The notes under the pieces were generated by a model. The model was not told the origin of the DNA. It made no database searches and saw nothing but the letters and a program-made list of their open reading frames with translations. Source: Eledone cirrhosa (Eukaryota). From it: a stretch of 64,000 nucleotides of DNA. Below are positions 62,746-64,000 of this stretch, one piece after another. Position 1 is the first letter of the stretch; every line of letters begins with the position of its first letter. Made by a program: the position numbers and the translations under genes. Location of the stretch: the NCBI GenBank assembly GCA_964016885.1, contig OZ024742.1, forward strand, positions 185,318,001 to 185,382,000, written 5' to 3'.

Positions 62746-62810
62746 GAGAGAGATTCCTGATGATTTCTAATGAATGAAACAGTTCTAGTCCTGTAGAATC
62801 TCTTCTATAT
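62741..62810 (+). ncRNA. Type I hammerhead ribozyme motif (Penelope-like-element type), predicted cleavage after GUA at 62795
   Basis: Stem I AGAGATTC (62749-56) pairs with GAATCTCT (62796-803) and extends through ATATAGA/TCTATAT with one bulged G. Core CTGATGA is at 62757-63. Stem II is TTC-TAAT-GAA with a U-U closing pair. GAAA is at 62776-79. Stem III ACAG (62779-82) pairs with CTGT (62791-94), followed by A at the cleavage position. Confidence 0.85.
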
Positions 62811-62884
62811 TAAAAACTGTTATACTCTGCTATGTATTGAGTACCTTACTTACTGTGGTTACCTCCGATTCAACCCGGAATAAC

Positions 62885-62885
<1 letters not shown>

Positions 62886-62915
<30 letters not shown>
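62886..62915. repeat. (TA)n microsatellite
   Basis: Directly visible. Confidence 0.95.
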
Positions 62916-62917
<2 letters not shown>

Positions 62918-63690
62918 AAAATGGAGTGCTGCGTGGTTGCAAATGGGTTACATATGAATAAAATTAGTCCTTCATCAGTGATCTTCCAACTTTCATTGGT
63001 ATTTCATCGCTTTAAAAAATCATATACCTTTGGTTGGTGCGAGCAATAACTAAATAAAGCTATTGGGACAAGTAAAATAGGGTCAAACGAGCGAGACATG
63101 TAAACAAACAACGATGGTATTGCAACGGAAATATAGGAAGAGACAAGTACATGATATCTGTAAGCTTAAGCTTGATGAATTCATGGACGAGAGATACAGA
63201 CCATCCGATATGGGTGATATGTGAGCGAGAAAAGGATTTCACACAGGTCAAAACGGGAGGAAGTGAGAGAGGGGGAGAAGCAGTGAGTGTGTGGAAGTGT
63301 GAGGAAGAGGCAGAGGGGGTAAAAAGAAGGTGAGAGATACACAGAGAGGGGAAGCAGTAAGAAAGAAACAGGCAATCGCAGCTGAGGATATATATATATA
63401 GTCCATTCGTGTTCGTTAAATGGTAGTTGTTTCCCAATTGTCAACTAACACTGTGTACCTAGGTTTTAACACTCATCATAGTAGGTTTATGTACGACAGA
63501 GTTTTTGTATAAGAATGAAGAATAAGGAGGCATTCTGGAATCTTGTATCATTTTATCATTTACGTCATTGCTATTATACGCAAAGGTAATTGCTGGAGAG
63601 TCAAGTTTGATTGACGTGGTGGTGGTGAGGGGTGCTACCACAGACTATAGGGTATATAGTTACGAATTTCCTTGTGGTTATGTAAAAGGT

Positions 63691-63731
63691 GACAACGTCG
63701 AAACGGCTTGAGCTCTGCCGTCGGGGTCATA
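63691..63731 (+). ncRNA. 3' half of a second hammerhead motif (5' stem I strand and CUGAUGA box absent)
   Basis: GAC-AAC-GTC mini-stem, then GAAA (63700-03), stem III ACGGC (63703-07) pairing with GCCGT (63717-21), a GUC triplet ending at 63722, then GGGGTCATA. No CTGANGA or TATGACCCC was found upstream. Confidence 0.5.
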
Positions 63732-63814
63732 CTTGTTCCATATATATATATTTATATATTATAAAATAACAGGAGGCTGGACTGGTGTAAATCCTTAAAA
63801 GATTTATTATACTA

Positions 63815-63887
63815 TGGGTGGTCAAGTATGAAATTTGTAGAAAATTTTTTTCTACAAATTTCTACAAATTTCATACTTGACTACTCA
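63815..63887. repeat. Inverted repeat / hairpin: 23-bp perfect arms extendable to 29 bp with two G-T pairs, 15-bp spacer
   Basis: GTCAAGTATGAAATTTGTAGAAA (63821-43) is the exact reverse complement of TTTCTACAAATTTCATACTTGAC (63859-81). Confidence 0.95.
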
Positions 63888-63888
63888 A

Positions 63889-63966
63889 TATGTATGTATA
63901 TATATATATATATATACTATATATATATATATACATATATATATACATATATATATACACACACAC

Positions 63967-64000
<34 letters not shown>
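63889..64000. repeat. (TA)n microsatellite with short (CA)n and TATG interruptions, running off the window
   Basis: Directly visible. Confidence 0.95.

Noticed and set aside
63153-63184. Cluster of EcoRV, two HindIII and EcoRI sites resembling a vector polylinker (palindromes AAGCTTAAGCTT and ATGAATTCAT)
   Set aside because: The match to a polylinker is short and imperfect, with no flanking vector sequence; it is best explained by chance.
63250-63372. Purine-rich GA stretch
   Set aside because: Ordinary low-complexity sequence with no regular unit or clear mirror symmetry.
63382-63388. CTGAGGA as another hammerhead core box
   Set aside because: It is followed by a TA tract, with no GAAA or compatible helices.
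62837-63641. Short ORFs 62837-63049, 63060-63437, 63151-63333, 63181-63444 and 63459-63641
   Set aside because: They are short, overlap on both strands, several cross microsatellite or GA-rich low-complexity sequence, and they show no recognisable domain or RT/endonuclease motif.

Overview
Non-coding eukaryotic (most likely metazoan) DNA; no credible protein-coding gene. Positions 1-61739 are one uninterrupted tandem satellite of a 16-bp G-rich, telomere-like monomer, (TTAAG)2TTGGGG (about 3,850 copies). Its point variants recur in fixed order and show nested higher-order structure: a 352-bp internal duplication, ~2-kb cassettes, a 5,642-bp higher-order repeat, local 1,452-bp and ~3.4-kb duplications, and a ~48.4-kb-offset duplication. 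A 200-N scaffold gap (61740-61939) follows. The last ~2 kb is a mosaic of (TA)n tracts and short modules: a tRNA-derived SINE head with A/B boxes and a CORE-like motif, a complete type I hammerhead ribozyme motif (62741-62810), the 3' half of a second, different hammerhead (63691-63731) and a 23-29-bp inverted repeat. The hammerheads resemble those of Penelope-like retroelements. All supplied ORFs are artefacts. All coordinates and spacings were read by eye and should be confirmed computationally.
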